From: an uncultured Rivularia sp.
Lineage (GTDB): Bacteria > Cyanobacteriota > Cyanobacteriia > Cyanobacteriales > Nostocaceae
Direction: 5' to 3'
NCBI GenBank assembly: GCA_963665115.1
Contig: OY762007.1
Span: 7,008,001 to 7,072,000, forward strand
DNA length: 64,000 nucleotides
Shown here: piece by piece, positions 21,330-33,178 of the stretch
Numbering within the stretch: position 1 is the stretch's first letter
How the letters are laid out: each line of letters starts with the position of its first letter
The notes under the pieces: generated by a model
Database searches by the model: none
Told to the model about the DNA's origin: nothing
What the model saw: the letters and a program-made list of their open reading frames with translations, nothing else
Position numbers and translations under genes: made by a program

Positions 21330-21779
21330 ATGACTCCTACATTATTTGGTCGCTGGCAAACTCGTTTATTATTACTCTTTACAGTAGGTTTATTTGTTAG
21401 CCTGCCATTTGCGATTGGTTTGATTGGTTCCCCGCAAAGCGATGTATATTTCTGGATACTCTGCTATGTTGCGATTTTTGGTTTAGGCTGGGATGTCGTA
21501 TACGACCAAATACAAAAGTATCGTTGGGATAGAGATTGGCCCGCAGTATACCAATTATTTGCCGGTATTTGGGAATTTATATTTATAGTTTGTGGAATTA
21601 AATTTTTAGGTTTTTTACCAATACCACTTCCGAAAGAACAATTACCTTTGTTTTGGGTTTTCTTCCACTATTTTGTGGTTTGGTTTGCAGTTTTTATTGC
21701 TTCTCAAAGCATAATGCGGGTTCTTTTCGTCCGCTGGCGCTTTTTTGGCGGGACAGTGGCTGTAAATGCTTCTTATTAA
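21330..21779 (+). CDS. conserved hypothetical 4-TM membrane protein (true end probably 21765)
   Basis: MTPTLFGRWQTR...YRWDRDWP. Removing one G at 21750-21752 gives ...RWRFFGGQWL-stop. Confidence 0.75.
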   Translation: MTPTLFGRWQTRLLLLFTVGLFVSLPFAIGLIGSPQSDVYFWILCYVAIFGLGWDVVYDQIQKYRWDRDWPAVYQLFAGIWEFIFIVCGIKFLGFLPIPLPKEQLPLFWVFFHYFVVWFAVFIASQSIMRVLFVRWRFFGGTVAVNASY

Positions 21780-21792
21780 ACATAAATAAAAT

Positions 21793-21825
21793 TGTAGAGA
21801 CGTGGCTTATTGCTACGTCTCTACA
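21793..21825. repeat. GTAGAGACG REP-like palindrome
   Basis: TGTAGAGACGT-ggcttattgct-ACGTCTCTACA between convergent genes. Confidence 0.85.
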
Positions 21826-21857
21826 TTAGTTATAAGGATTCAATTAATTAAAGCCAA

Positions 21858-24800
21858 TTAAGCGTTTAAGTTAGTGAAATCGTTTACATCAATCAAGGCG
21901 CTATCTACATCAATCAAAGTGACCAAAGTTTGATTGCCTTGAAGAATATTGGTATTGCTTCCACTTGCTGTGATAGTCAAGCTCCCAAAAGTCAAATTAT
22001 CAGAAAAATCTAATTTATCAACACCGTCTTCAAAATCGTAAATAGTATCCTTACCCATATTGGAACTTAGAACGAAAATATCTTTACCACCTTCGCCATA
22101 AAGGCGATCGTTACCAGCACCACCGTCAATTAAATCATCACCTTCGCCAGCTTTAATTAAATCGCTTCCACTACCCCCTAATAACGTATCGTTTCCACCT
22201 TTTCCGTAGAGAAATGTAGTGCTATTGAAGCGAGAAGCATCGATTTTATTGTTACTCTCACCACCAGCTAAGGCTGCTCGTTCAATATTTTGTAACGTAT
22301 CAATGCTTAATTGTCCACCTGTATTAATCTCAGTAGTTTTGAGTTGACTATCCTCAAGCTGAAAATCAACATCAGCGGTTTCTCGTAGGGTGTCAGTACC
22401 TGCTCCACCATCAATACTGTCATCCCCTTCACCACCATAAAGGTTATCGTTTCCACTACCGCCAGTTAAAGTATCGTCGCCAGCTCTTCCGTAAAGGTAA
22501 GTAGTTCCGCTAAAGCCAGATGCATCAATTGTATTTGCGCTATCTCCCCCGCTCAAAGCGACTCGTTCAATATTGACAAAGTTATCGGTACCGTTACCTG
22601 AAACTGTAGTGTCAGTAAGGGTAAAGTTAGTATCAGCGGTTTCTCGCAGGGTGTCAGTACCTGCTCCACCATCAATACTGTCATCCCCTTCACCACCGTA
22701 AAGGTTATCGTTTCCACTACCGCCAGTTAAAGTATCGTCGCCAGATCTTCCGTAGAGATAAGCACTTCCACTGTAAGCAGATGCATCAATTGTATTTGCG
22801 CTATCTCCCCCGCTCAAAGCGACTCGTTCAATATTGACAAAGTTATCGGTACCGTTACCTGAAACTGTAGTGTCAGTAAGGGTAAAGTTAGTATCAGCGG
22901 TTTCTCGCAGGGTGTCAGTACCTGCTCCACCATCAATACTGTCATCACCTTCCCCACCATAGAGGTTATCGTTTCCACTACCGCCAGTTAAAGTATCGTC
23001 GCCAGCTCTTCCGTAGAGATAAGCACTTCCACTGTAAGCAGAAGCATCAATTGTATTTGCGCTATCTCCCCCGCTCAAAGCGACTCGTTCAATATTGACA
23101 AAGTTATCGGTACCGTTACCTGAAACTGTAGTGTCAGTAAGGGTAAAGTTAGTATCAGCAGTTTCTCGCAGGGTGTCAGTACCTGCTCCCCCATCAATAC
23201 TGTCATCCCCTTCACCACCATAAAGGTTATCGTTTCCACTACCGCCAGTTAAGGTATCGTCGCCAGCTCTTCCGTAGAGATAAGCACTTCCACTGTAAGC
23301 AGATGCATCAATTGTATTTGCGCTATCTCCCCCGCTCAAAGCGACTCGTTCAATATTTATAAAGTTATCGGTACCGTTACCTTGAAGTTGGGTGTTAGTA
23401 AGGGTAAAATCAACATCAGCGGTTTCTCGCAAGGTGTCAATACCTGCTCCACCATCAATACTGTCATCACCTTCCCCACCATAGAGGTTATCGTTTCCAC
23501 TACCGCCAGTTAAAGTATCGTCGCCAGCTCTTCCGTAAAGGTAAGTAGTTCCGCTAAAGCCAGAAGCATCAATTGTATTTGCGCTATCTCCCCCACTCAA
23601 AGCGACTCGTTCAATATTGACAAAGTTATCGGTACCGTTACCTTGAAGTTGGGTGTCAGTAAGGGTAAAGTTAGTATCAGCAGTTTCTCGCAGGGTGTCA
23701 GTACCTGCTCCCCCATCAATACTGTCATCACCTTCCCCACCATAGAGGTTATCGTTTCCACTGCCGCCAGTTAAAGTATCATCGCCAGCTCTTCCGTAGA
23801 GATAAGCACTTCCACTGTAAGCAGATGCATTAATTGTATTTGCGCTATCTCCCCCGCTCAAAGCGACTCGTTCAATATTGACAAAGTTATCGGTACCGTT
23901 ACCTTGAAGTTGGGTGTCAGTAAGGGTAAAATTAGTATCAGCAGTTTCTCGCAGGGTGTCAGTACCTGCTCCACCATCAATACTGTCATCACCTTCCCCA
24001 CCATAGAGGTTATCGTTTCCAGTACCGCCAGTTAAAGTATCGTTTCCAGCGAATCCGAAAAGGAAATCATTTCCTGCTTTACCATCGATAACGTCATCTT
24101 CTGGACTTCCCTTAAGCCGATCGTTTTCGGAAGTTCCATCGATTTGACTTCCCGCAACATCATTAAGGTTAATAGTAACGGTTGCCGGATTGCTGGTATT
24201 AGTTTCGTCACTGACACTTACTTGTAATTGAAAACTGGGATTAGTTTCAAAATCAAGGTCGTCAGCATCGTTAACAATAATATTTCCGGTGTTAGAGTTG
24301 ATTGCAAATGCATTTTTACCATCGCCGTCAACATCTAAGTTTCCGTCTAGAATTTGCCAGTTTGATAAAGTATCGCTATCGGGATCTGTAGCAATTACTT
24401 TACCTACAAAAGTACCGCGAACGGCATTTTCATCAACTTTAAAGAAAGAAGGATTATTAGAGTTCGTAGTAACTGAAATATCGCTTAACTTAACTTCTGC
24501 TGAAGCAGTAGGTGTATTATCACCAAAGAACAGAAAACTAGATTTATCATAAGGATCGGCAGGAGTAACTGAAAAACCAAATTTTGTCTGGTAATCTGCT
24601 GGTTTAAATGCAGTGTAATCCCTCAATTCACCTTCGAGAATAGAGTTACCGTCTGCAAATAAAGTGTAGCGATCGCCTTTTACTGCCAAGTCGTACTTAA
24701 CTACTTTAGCTGTAGTATCAAAGTTTACTCCTTCTTCTCCTTGAGTAAATAAAGTACCTTCTAAATTGGAAGCTGTGGGTTCTTCGCTACCGTCTTCCTG

Positions 24801-26353
24801 TGCCCAAATGCGATTTTCCCAGAAGCCAAGTTCGATACCTTTTTGATCTTCACTAATAGCTATAACGCTGAAACCAGCCCTATCTGCTAAATTGTCACCG
24901 TTTTTATCAGCATTAGGATTATCATGATTCTCCGAAATAATTTGATTCGTAAAACTCACAACGTAACCATCGTTTCGGTTAAGCGTAGGAAAGTTTGCTC
25001 TAGGAGTTAATTCTGTCTTTAATCCAGTAGGAGGATTGCTAGATACATCTACTTCATAATTTGTATAACCAGCATAGGCATCGTCTCCATTGTCATCTGT
25101 ATCTGTTTTAAGAACAATTCCATCGTTCCTTAAAGTTTGCTCGGTTTTACCGCCAAGCAAAGCCGTAGTATCTTGATAGTCAAACCAAGGTGCATTTGGT
25201 GCAGAGTCTGCTTCTTGGGGGGATTTACCAGTACCACCGTTGTAAAGAAGTAGATTGTCACCGATACTAGGAGCATCATCAACAGCAGTAACTTCGATCG
25301 TCTTGTTTACTGCTTGACTCATTCCACCGTCCCCCCATCTGTGAGAACAAATTCAACCTTACGATTAGTAGTTGAGGGATTATCCGAAACGTTTTCGTAA
25401 GTAATGTTTTTTGTAATTGTTTCTACGGCTTCTAAACTAGCTTTACTCGTAAAGGTGATTTCTAAAGGAATATCACCTTCACCACCCATGTAAGTAGCGA
25501 TAAAACTACTATTTAACAAAATACTGTTGTCAGAAGCATTAATTTGAATGCTACCGTTTTCTACGCTACGGATACTTAAGCGGTCATCGGCGCTACCACC
25601 TTCAGTGAAACGAACGGTAAGTTTACCATTATCAAAATCAATCGAATCAAAATCGGTAACTGTCGCACCAGCATTAAGAAGAATAGCAGATTCGTTTTCG
25701 GTGTAGGTTGAGATATCGCTTGTTAAAGAGATGACGGGAGCAGCGTTTGCAATTTCAGGAATTACTTCAACACTTCCTGATGGTAAAGTCGTTCCATCGT
25801 CACTAAAAGTCCAGTTTTGTGCATTCTTAATCGCTGCTAACCAATCTTCCCGCGTACCGTTAGGTATAGTATCAGAGTCAAAAGCGGCGTATTTTGCCGT
25901 ATTATCAAACAAAACTGCTGTATTATCTCCTTGGGATAAACCAGTAATTACGTTGCTGGTACTAGCACTATTCGAGTCTTCAAAACTACCAGTATTATCA
26001 ATTTGATAAATAGCAGTAAAGTCTGAAGACAGGGGACTATTTAAATTATTAGATTGTACCGCTGCAATTTGGTCTCCCGATACGCTTAAATTGAAGCTTC
26101 CAGAATTTTCCCAAGTAAAATCATTTAATTGTTGTGTACTGTTAATAACCGTACCTGCGACAATATCGCTGTTCGCAGTAAATTTAATTGTTCCTTCAGT
26201 GTCTCGAAATTCGTTACCCATCCAACCACTATCGGTGAAGTAGATTTCAGTACCTGCACTTAAATCAACTAAGGGAACAAAGGAAAAAGAATCAGGATTA
26301 GTGATATATCCAACAATTGCGATATCGCCGGGATTGAGAACTGTAGGTGCCAT
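21858..26353 (-). CDS. large RTX/cadherin repeat secreted protein (adhesin-like), split by an apparent frameshift at 25331-25336
   Basis: ORF 25319..26353 ends FVLTDG and ORF 21858..25322 begins MSQAV; changing the G6 run to G4 gives the usual LTDGDGG linker. Cadherin motifs (VDENA..G..VG...ATDPD, LDFE), GGxGxD nonapeptides, type I secretion-like C-terminus. Confidence 0.85.
22260..24050 (-). repeat. intragenic tandem repeat, 261 bp (87 aa), 6 near-identical units plus a diverged 7th
   Basis: The DTLRETAD-encoding block recurs every 261 bp (about 22380, 22641, 22902, 23163, 23424, 23685, 23946). Confidence 0.95.
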
Positions 26354-26939
26354 ATTAATGTGTTATTTAAATAAGGATGAACAAAAACTTTCAAATTAAG
26401 CAATTCATACTTGGAGGATAAAGCTAGATTTGTACAAATGCTTTAGCTGTTAAAAAAATAACTTGTTCATCCCATTAATTTCATCGATAAATACTCTGAA
26501 TTATCTTGAAAAAAGCATGAAGATTTTTTATGCTGCTAATACTTCACGGCGTAATCCATTGATATATAAAATTTTATGTTGCCATAAAAAGGAGAGTTCC
26601 TAACTTACATTCTTCTTGCAAAAAGTTATAGAAATACGCCGCATCTCTACATTTTTATTGCAAAGATATAATAAATAAAGGGCGTTGCTGAATTAACCGT
26701 TGAATGGAGGTAAATCCGCAGCTTAATTTGTATTGTCACCAACCCAGCCATCAATTATTGCCGCAGTTTCTATATCTATGAAGGTATCGCTTCCCCAAAA
26801 CACATCTTCAACAGTCCCCAATCTTGTATTTCCAAAAAAAAATTGCTAAAAACTGATTGCTAATTGATAATAACTTCATTAGCTTTTAGCTCTAAACTAT
26901 TAGCAATTATTAAATCAAAAGCCTACTCAGACTTTACCT

Positions 26940-27938
26940 ATGAAGGATAAAATAATGAATAAGCAATTCAATAATAGGCACTTTGTACAGAAGTGTAACC
27001 GAGTAATTCGTGTTAGCTTGTTTAGTTTGTATGCAGCAGTTGCGTTCAATACTAATAGTAGTATTGCCGCACCCGCAGGAGAATTGAAAGATTGGCGATT
27101 TTCTCCCCAAGGTTCGCAGTTAGAAATTTCTCTTTCAGCGCCATCTCGTCCGCAGTATTTTTACTTATCTCAACCTCCCCGCATTGTTGTAGATTTGCCC
27201 GGTACTAAATTAGGCTACGTTCCTACTCAACAAAATTACAACGGAGCAATTGAGAGAATTCGCGTTTCTCAGTTAAACGATGATGTAACTCGCATTGTTA
27301 TGGATTTAGCGCCAGGAACCTTTTTCGATCGCGATCGAGTACAGCTACAACCCGATTCCTGGCAAAATCCGACTCGTTGGTTATTTCGTCCCATAATTAC
27401 AGCCAACAGCAATTTTTTACCGTCGCAATATCAATCTGTTGGAGGTGAGTTCCCACCAGGTACTACAGGGCAGTTACCACCAGGTGCTTACTCTCCATCA
27501 CAATCACTCAACAATTCTCCCTATACTCCACAACCACCAGGTGCTTTTCCACAGCAGCAACTACCAGGTACTACTCTTCCAGCCCTACAACCATCAGTAC
27601 CTCTTCCACCTGGTGCAATAAATAATCCTTCACAACTTGCACCAGGTATAATTACACCACCCTCTTCGTTCCCGGCTCCTTTGCCATTAACACCTATGAA
27701 TAATGGGAATATAGGGCAGCCTACCGTAACCGTACCGCCAATTACGACGATCAATTTATCTCCACCAACTCCAAATTCGGTTCTTCCACCTGCAAGATTT
27801 CCTTCACCATCAGGAAATCTCAATTCTCCTCCATCTTTTTTCCCTACACCACAAAACAATCAACCAACAGTTAATACACAAACAAATGGTTCCCGATTAA
27901 TCGAGTTTGGACAACCTTTTCCTAATCCCAGTAGATAA
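26940..27938 (+). CDS. AMIN domain protein with Pro-rich tail
   Basis: Signal-like N-terminus; LKDWRF...PPRIVVDLPGT...IRVSQ....TRIVMDL; C-terminal IEFGQPFP. Confidence 0.85.
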   Translation: MKDKIMNKQFNNRHFVQKCNRVIRVSLFSLYAAVAFNTNSSIAAPAGELKDWRFSPQGSQLEISLSAPSRPQYFYLSQPPRIVVDLPGTKLGYVPTQQNYNGAIERIRVSQLNDDVTRIVMDLAPGTFFDRDRVQLQPDSWQNPTRWLFRPIITANSNFLPSQYQSVGGEFPPGTTGQLPPGAYSPSQSLNNSPYTPQPPGAFPQQQLPGTTLPALQPSVPLPPGAINNPSQLAPGIITPPSSFPAPLPLTPMNNGNIGQPTVTVPPITTINLSPPTPNSVLPPARFPSPSGNLNSPPSFFPTPQNNQPTVNTQTNGSRLIEFGQPFPNPSR

Positions 27939-28038
27939 AAATCAAAGATGAAATTTTGCAGTTCTTGGTTGCTTAAAATACTTTGCAGAATTATGTTGAG
28001 TTGAAAAAGTTTTTTGCAGCGAATAGTAAATAAATAAT

Positions 28039-28075
28039 TGTAGAGACGCTATAGGAAATCTATCGCGTCTCTACA
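28039..28075. repeat. GTAGAGACG REP-like palindrome
   Basis: TGTAGAGACGC-tataggaaatctatc-GCGTCTCTACA between convergent genes. Confidence 0.85.
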
Positions 28076-28119
28076 TCTATGCTTGTACTTTTTACAACGT
28101 CAGAAGAAAGAATAATTCT

Positions 28120-28662
28120 CTAGAATCGTTCCGTTTCTGGTGGCGCGTTTACAGCTCCTTCTTCATTTATAAAGAAGTTTTTAGCTGCATCATTTTGATA
28201 GATACATTTAATATCAAGCTCTTTGCTATCAAGTCTACCTGTAAAGCCAAAAGTGTTTAAACGATTCTTACAATCTCGTATTTGTTCTGATGTTACTAGA
28301 TTTTTTTGTCTTAAAATCTCCCAGTTACTTTGACGTAAAACACAACCAGGGCGCATACTAGGTTGACCAACGTAAACATTAAAGGGGTTAAGAGTTACGA
28401 ATAGTCTGGTATCCATTACCATTGCACTAGCTCCGTACTGCACGCAAACCTCTGGATTTGGTGCTTTGGTATCAATAAAATTACTAGAAGCTACATTAGC
28501 CGGTGTAAAAGTAGCTGTAGAACTAAAAGCGATACCAATACCAATACCTAAAATAAATATGCCCCCCAGAATGGCAATAGTTGTGAAATTAAATACTGAG
28601 GTGACAGGATTAGAACCTCTTGAAGAGGTATTACCAGATCTATTATTATATTTACGTGTCAT
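28120..28662 (-). CDS. conserved cyanobacterial membrane-anchored protein (DUF3172-like)
   Basis: One TM helix, then APNPEVCVQYGASAMVMD.R.FVTLNPFNVY..QP...PGCVLR; adjacent to ndhN. Confidence 0.75.
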   Translation of the reverse strand: MTRKYNNRSGNTSSRGSNPVTSVFNFTTIAILGGIFILGIGIGIAFSSTATFTPANVASSNFIDTKAPNPEVCVQYGASAMVMDTRLFVTLNPFNVYVGQPSMRPGCVLRQSNWEILRQKNLVTSEQIRDCKNRLNTFGFTGRLDSKELDIKCIYQNDAAKNFFINEEGAVNAPPETERF

Positions 28663-28923
28663 ATCTGCTTTTTGAACTTCACGCCTCGGACAAAAGGGAG
28701 TAGTGAAAAAATATCTCCCTCTTTAAGTATGACGATTATTTAATGAAATTGTCCGCTACTTTAACAATAATGTTTCAACTAAATTACAAAATAAGAGAAT
28801 GGGGAGATGGGCAAAGAGAGCAGAGAAGGCAGAGGAGGCAGGGGAAGAAAAGATTAATTAAATGAAATTGCTTCCTCCGCCGTCTTTCATTCCCAATCCC
28901 CAATGCCCAATTCCCAACTATCG

Positions 28924-29404
28924 TTAACTAGCTACAGCAAAAGTTTCTTCTAAAGGCATAAAACGAAAAGCGCGATCGCCGCCTCTTTCGATGACAACTT
29001 TTACTCTTGGCTCGATTTTGGGTAGATTTGCCAAATATTCTAATTCTTGATCCTCAAGAATATGCCCATCAATAATCCACAACACTAAACCTTTGGATTT
29101 AGGGGGCAAGTTATCTAGCTGACTACTAATAATTGGCGGTACGTAATATACGTAACCTACCGCTGCTCCTTTCTCAGTACTTTTTTTGCCTAAGTGTGGA
29201 GGGTCGTACACCATGAACTCCAGTTAAATAAGCAGCCACATCGCCCAAACCCTTGCCACTAATACACAAAGCATTGTAGCCCTTAGCACGCAATCGGCGA
29301 CGAAACCGACCTTCAAACCCGCCCTCTAAAGGTACATATACCCCTAAAGCGCCAAATTTCTCTAATTTGCGAATAAAACCGCCACCAGTAGTTAGTAATG
29401 CCAT
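28924..29404 (-). CDS. ndhN: NDH-1 subunit N, apparent +1 frameshift at 29201-29203
   Basis: MALLTTG..FIR.LEK.GALGVYVPLEGGFEGR and HGVRPPHLGK (after a one-base correction), then KGLVLWII. Confidence 0.9.
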
Positions 29405-29683
29405 AGACCTTTTTCAAATATCGCTTCGATAATTCTATTATCAGTTAACGGTGAACGGTTAACAGTTATCAATGATCGGTGAGCAGCAAATAGTGAGCAG
29501 TGAGCAGTTAAGAGCTTTTTATTCATTACTTACGTCTTATATGAATTAAAAATGGCTCTTATCCCACAAGGGTTTTGAAGGTTATGCGAAGTGCTAAATT
29601 ATGATTTTGGAATTATCAACTCTATCTATCAAGCTGATTTCAGGATTCAATTAATATAAAACGTAAATAATACGCATATCATT

Positions 29684-29734
29684 AGCCCACGCAGATGGGC
29701 TTTGTTTGTCTAGCCCCAGACTTATAGTCTGAGG
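29684..29734 (+). repeat. 51-bp two-hairpin dispersed repeat, copy 1
   Basis: Aligns without gaps to the reverse complement of 55080-55130. Confidence 0.85.
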
Positions 29735-29761
29735 AGTTTGTGCCAATTCCTTTCAAAAATC

Positions 29762-29790
29762 TGGACAAACGAAAATAGATGGACTATAAT
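29762..29790 (+). promoter_or_regulatory. putative sigma70-type promoter of the ribosomal protein operon
   Basis: TGGACA-17 bp-TATAAT, about 630 bp upstream of rplC. Confidence 0.6.
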
Positions 29791-30416
29791 GTCGGGTTGT
29801 GGACAATTTATTGAAACAAGCCGTTTTGACAGTCAAGTTTTTGGGTAAGACTATTTTTAAGGATTTGCAAAAAAACTATAAAAATAAGTTAGTCAAAGTT
29901 GACAAGAGAGTGGTAAATTAAGAAGTCTTGAGGTAAACTTGGGACGTTTGGCTAAATCTTAAATAATTATTTAAGGTTTTGCGAACAAAGTGGTGATGTT
30001 GGTGACGGCATAACGTCAGCCTTTGAAAAAAGGATACTGAGCGGGTTTAGCCGCTTAAGTCCAGCGGTACGAATGATATATAAGTGCCAAAGAATTGCTT
30101 GAATAAGGCAATTCTGCACGAATCGCAAAGCTTCACAAGCATTGCATTTTTAAATCTTTAGTCCTTCCCGATCGGAAGGTACTTTTGACTGCGCGGATAA
30201 ATCGAGGATACTTTGATTTTTGTTTTAGCGCAGTAGAAGATGAAGGACAAGAAATCTCCGATGGAAGTTGGATAGCTATTACCTGAGCATTTCCGGACTT
30301 CTGAGTTTTCTTGATAATAAGGCGGGTAGTTTCTTTAAAAAGTAACTCCATGATTGCCTCCAACATCTAAAGTTCCGATACAAAACGGAAAACTTATAGA
30401 AAGGAGACTTGTAACT

Positions 30417-31049
30417 GTGTCTGTAGGTATTCTCGGCACCAAAGTGGGTATGACTCAGGTTTTTGACGATGCAGGAAAAGCAATTCCTGTCACCGTTGTT
30501 CAAGCCGGGCCATGTACTGTAACCCAAATTAAAACACAGCAGACCGACGGTTACTCCGCCATTCAATTAGCCTATGGTGAAGTAAAAGAAAAAGCTTTAA
30601 ATAAGCCTAAGTTGGGGCATTTAGCAAAATCATCTGCCTCGCCCTTGCGACATTTAGAAGAATATCGCGCCGAAAATACGGGTGATTATTCTTTAGGTCA
30701 GCAAGTTAGCGCTGATATTTTTGAAGCAGGTCAGCTCGTAGATATAGCTGGAACAAGTATTGGTCGCGGTTTCGCGGGCAACCAGAAACGTAATAACTTT
30801 AGTCGAGGTCCGATGTCTCACGGTTCTAAAAACCATAGAGAACCTGGTTCAATCGGTGCTGGTACTACTCCCGGTCGTGTTTATCCCGGTAAGAAGATGG
30901 CAGGCCGTTTGGGAGGCAAGCGTATTACGGTTCGCAAGCTGACAATCGTGCGAGTCGATGCAGAGAAAAATTTATTGTTAATTAAGGGAGCTATTCCTGG
31001 CAAACCAGGAGCATTAGTTAATATTGTCGCTGCAAAAGAGGTGAAATAG
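30417..31049 (+). CDS. rplC: 50S ribosomal protein L3
   Basis: GTG start after [19 protein letters not shown] and [12 protein letters not shown]. Confidence 0.97.
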   Translation: MSVGILGTKVGMTQVFDDAGKAIPVTVVQAGPCTVTQIKTQQTDGYSAIQLAYGEVKEKALNKPKLGHLAKSSASPLRHLEEYRAENTGDYSLGQQVSADIFEAGQLVDIAGTSIGRGFAGNQKRNNFSRGPMSHGSKNHREPGSIGAGTTPGRVYPGKKMAGRLGGKRITVRKLTIVRVDAEKNLLLIKGAIPGKPGALVNIVAAKEVK

Positions 31050-31226
31050 TCATTCGATTTTGGATTTTGGATTTTAGATTTTGGATTGAATAAGCTCAAA
31101 TCGGGTAAAAAATCAAAATCTGAAATTAGGTCATTGATTTTCCGCGAGCATAATTACTTAGCGGTAGAGCAAATGATAGATAACTAAAGACAAATGAAAA
31201 ATGACTAATTTAAAAAGGACAAAAAA

Positions 31227-31859
31227 ATGGTAGATTGTGCAGTTAAAAATTGGCAGGGAGAAGAAGTCGGACAGAAAACCTTGGAATTAAAAGTTGCCAA
31301 GGAAGAAAGTGCTTCTCATGTCGTCCATAGAGCCTTGGTTCGACAAATGACTAATGCTCGCCAAGGAAACGCTAGTACTAAAACCCGAGCCGAAGTTAGG
31401 GGTGGTGGTCGCAAACCCTGGAGACAAAAGGGAACGGGACGCGCTCGTGCTGGTTCTACTCGTTCGCCATTATGGCGCGGTGGTGGTGTAATCTTTGGAC
31501 CAAAACCCAAGGAATACAACTTAAATATGAACCGCAAAGAGCGTCGTTTGGCTTTGCGAACAGCCTTCGGTAGTCGTGGTGAAGACATAATTGTAGTTGA
31601 AGAATTTAGCGAACAATTACAGCGTCCGAAAACCAAAGATTTAGTAGAAGCTATTTCTCGTTGGGGTTCTCAACCCGAACAAAAAACTTTATTGATTTTG
31701 TCGGAACGTTCAGAAAACATATATTTGTCAGCCCGTAATATAGAAAACGTTAGGCTGATGGTAGCAGACCAACTTAATGTTTTCGATTTACTGCACGCAG
31801 ATAAAATCGTGGTAACTGCATCAGCATTAGATAAAATTCAGGAGGTTTACGGTGCCTAA
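31227..31859 (+). CDS. rplD: 50S ribosomal protein L4
   Basis: [27 protein letters not shown]. Confidence 0.98.
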   Translation: MVDCAVKNWQGEEVGQKTLELKVAKEESASHVVHRALVRQMTNARQGNASTKTRAEVRGGGRKPWRQKGTGRARAGSTRSPLWRGGGVIFGPKPKEYNLNMNRKERRLALRTAFGSRGEDIIVVEEFSEQLQRPKTKDLVEAISRWGSQPEQKTLLILSERSENIYLSARNIENVRLMVADQLNVFDLLHADKIVVTASALDKIQEVYGA

Positions 31860-32166
31860 ATTTGACCCCCGCAATCTTCCCGATTTAGTGCGTCGTCCGA
31901 TTGTTACCGAAAAGGCGACAATTCAGATGGAGTACAACAAATACACTTTTGAAGTGTTGCCAAAAGCAACCAAAACTCAAATAAAAGCGGCAATTGAAGG
32001 TTTATTTGATGTCAGAGTTTTAAAAGTAAATACCGCAGTACAGCCTCGGAAAAAGAAGCGTGTCGGTAGATTTATCGGATTCAAACCTCAATACAAACGA
32101 GCTACCGTCACCGTAGCATCCGGGGATGAAGATAAGATTCGTCAGGTTCTATTCCCAGACGTTTAA
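31852..32166 (+). CDS. rplW: 50S ribosomal protein L23
   Basis: [14 protein letters not shown] and [11 protein letters not shown]; operon order. Confidence 0.97.
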   Translation: MPKFDPRNLPDLVRRPIVTEKATIQMEYNKYTFEVLPKATKTQIKAAIEGLFDVRVLKVNTAVQPRKKKRVGRFIGFKPQYKRATVTVASGDEDKIRQVLFPDV

Positions 32167-32314
32167 AGCAGGTTAAAGGTTAGAGGTTAAAGGTCAAAGG
32201 TGAGGAGTTAGGAATTAGGAATTAGTAATTCTCTTCCCATCTCCTTATCCCCTTGTCTCCCCCCCTCTCCTTGTCCCTCATCCCCAAAACTATTTTCTAG
32301 ATAATTTTAAAATT

Positions 32315-33178
32315 ATGGGTACTCGTTCATTTCGTCCCTACACCCCTAGTAACCGTCAAGCGACGACTTCTGATTTTGCCGACATTACAAAATCAAAGCC
32401 GGAAAAATCCTTAACTGAGCATATTCATAGAGCTAAAGGTAGAAATAATCGCGGTGTAATTACCAGTCGTCGCCGGGGTGGTGGACACAAACGTCTTTAT
32501 CGAATTATCGATTTTAAAAGAGATAAGCGGGATATGCCTGCAACTGTTCAAGCAATTGAATATGACCCCAACCGTAATGCAAGAATTGCTCTCGTACAAT
32601 ACGAAGATGGCGAGAAGCGTTATATTTTGCAACCTAACGGAATGAAGGTTGGTACCACAATCACTGCTGGTCCAAATTCTCCGATTGAAAACGGAAACGC
32701 TTTACCTTTATCAAATATGCCCTTGGGTACTGGCGTACATAACGTAGAATTGATTGCTGGAAAAGGCGGTCAAATAGTACGTTCGGCTGGTGCGGTTGCT
32801 CAAGTAATGGCAAAAGATGGTAATTACGTTACCTTGAAACTGCCTTCGGGTGAAGTCCGAATGATTCGGCGCGAATGCTATGCCACCATCGGACAAGTAG
32901 GTAACGTAGAAGCTAGAAACCAAAGCTTGGGTAAAGCAGGTAGAAATCGCTGGAGAGGTCGCCGTCCCAAGGTTAGAGGTAGTGTAATGAACCCTTGCGA
33001 CCACCCACATGGTGGTGGTGAAGGACGCGCTCCAATTGGTCGTAGTGGTCCTGTAACTCCTTGGGGTAAACCGACTTTAGGTAAGAAAACTCGTAAGCCT
33101 AAAAAAGCAAGCAGTAAATTGATTGTTCGTCGTCGTCGTAAGTCCGGAAAACGGGGACGCGGTGGTCGTCAGTCATAG
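32315..33178 (+). CDS. rplB: 50S ribosomal protein L2
   Basis: [13 protein letters not shown] and [17 protein letters not shown]. Confidence 0.98.
   Translation: MGTRSFRPYTPSNRQATTSDFADITKSKPEKSLTEHIHRAKGRNNRGVITSRRRGGGHKRLYRIIDFKRDKRDMPATVQAIEYDPNRNARIALVQYEDGEKRYILQPNGMKVGTTITAGPNSPIENGNALPLSNMPLGTGVHNVELIAGKGGQIVRSAGAVAQVMAKDGNYVTLKLPSGEVRMIRRECYATIGQVGNVEARNQSLGKAGRNRWRGRRPKVRGSVMNPCDHPHGGGEGRAPIGRSGPVTPWGKPTLGKKTRKPKKASSKLIVRRRRKSGKRGRGGRQS

Noticed and set aside
22260..24050. CRISPR array or DGR template/variable repeats
   Set aside because: The repeats are contiguous, in-frame coding units without unique spacers, the differences are not adenine-specific, and no cas or RT gene is present.
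26679..26818. Possible MITE (GGGCGTTGCTGAA...TTCAACAGTCCC)
   Set aside because: The inverted repeats are too degenerate to support from this window alone.
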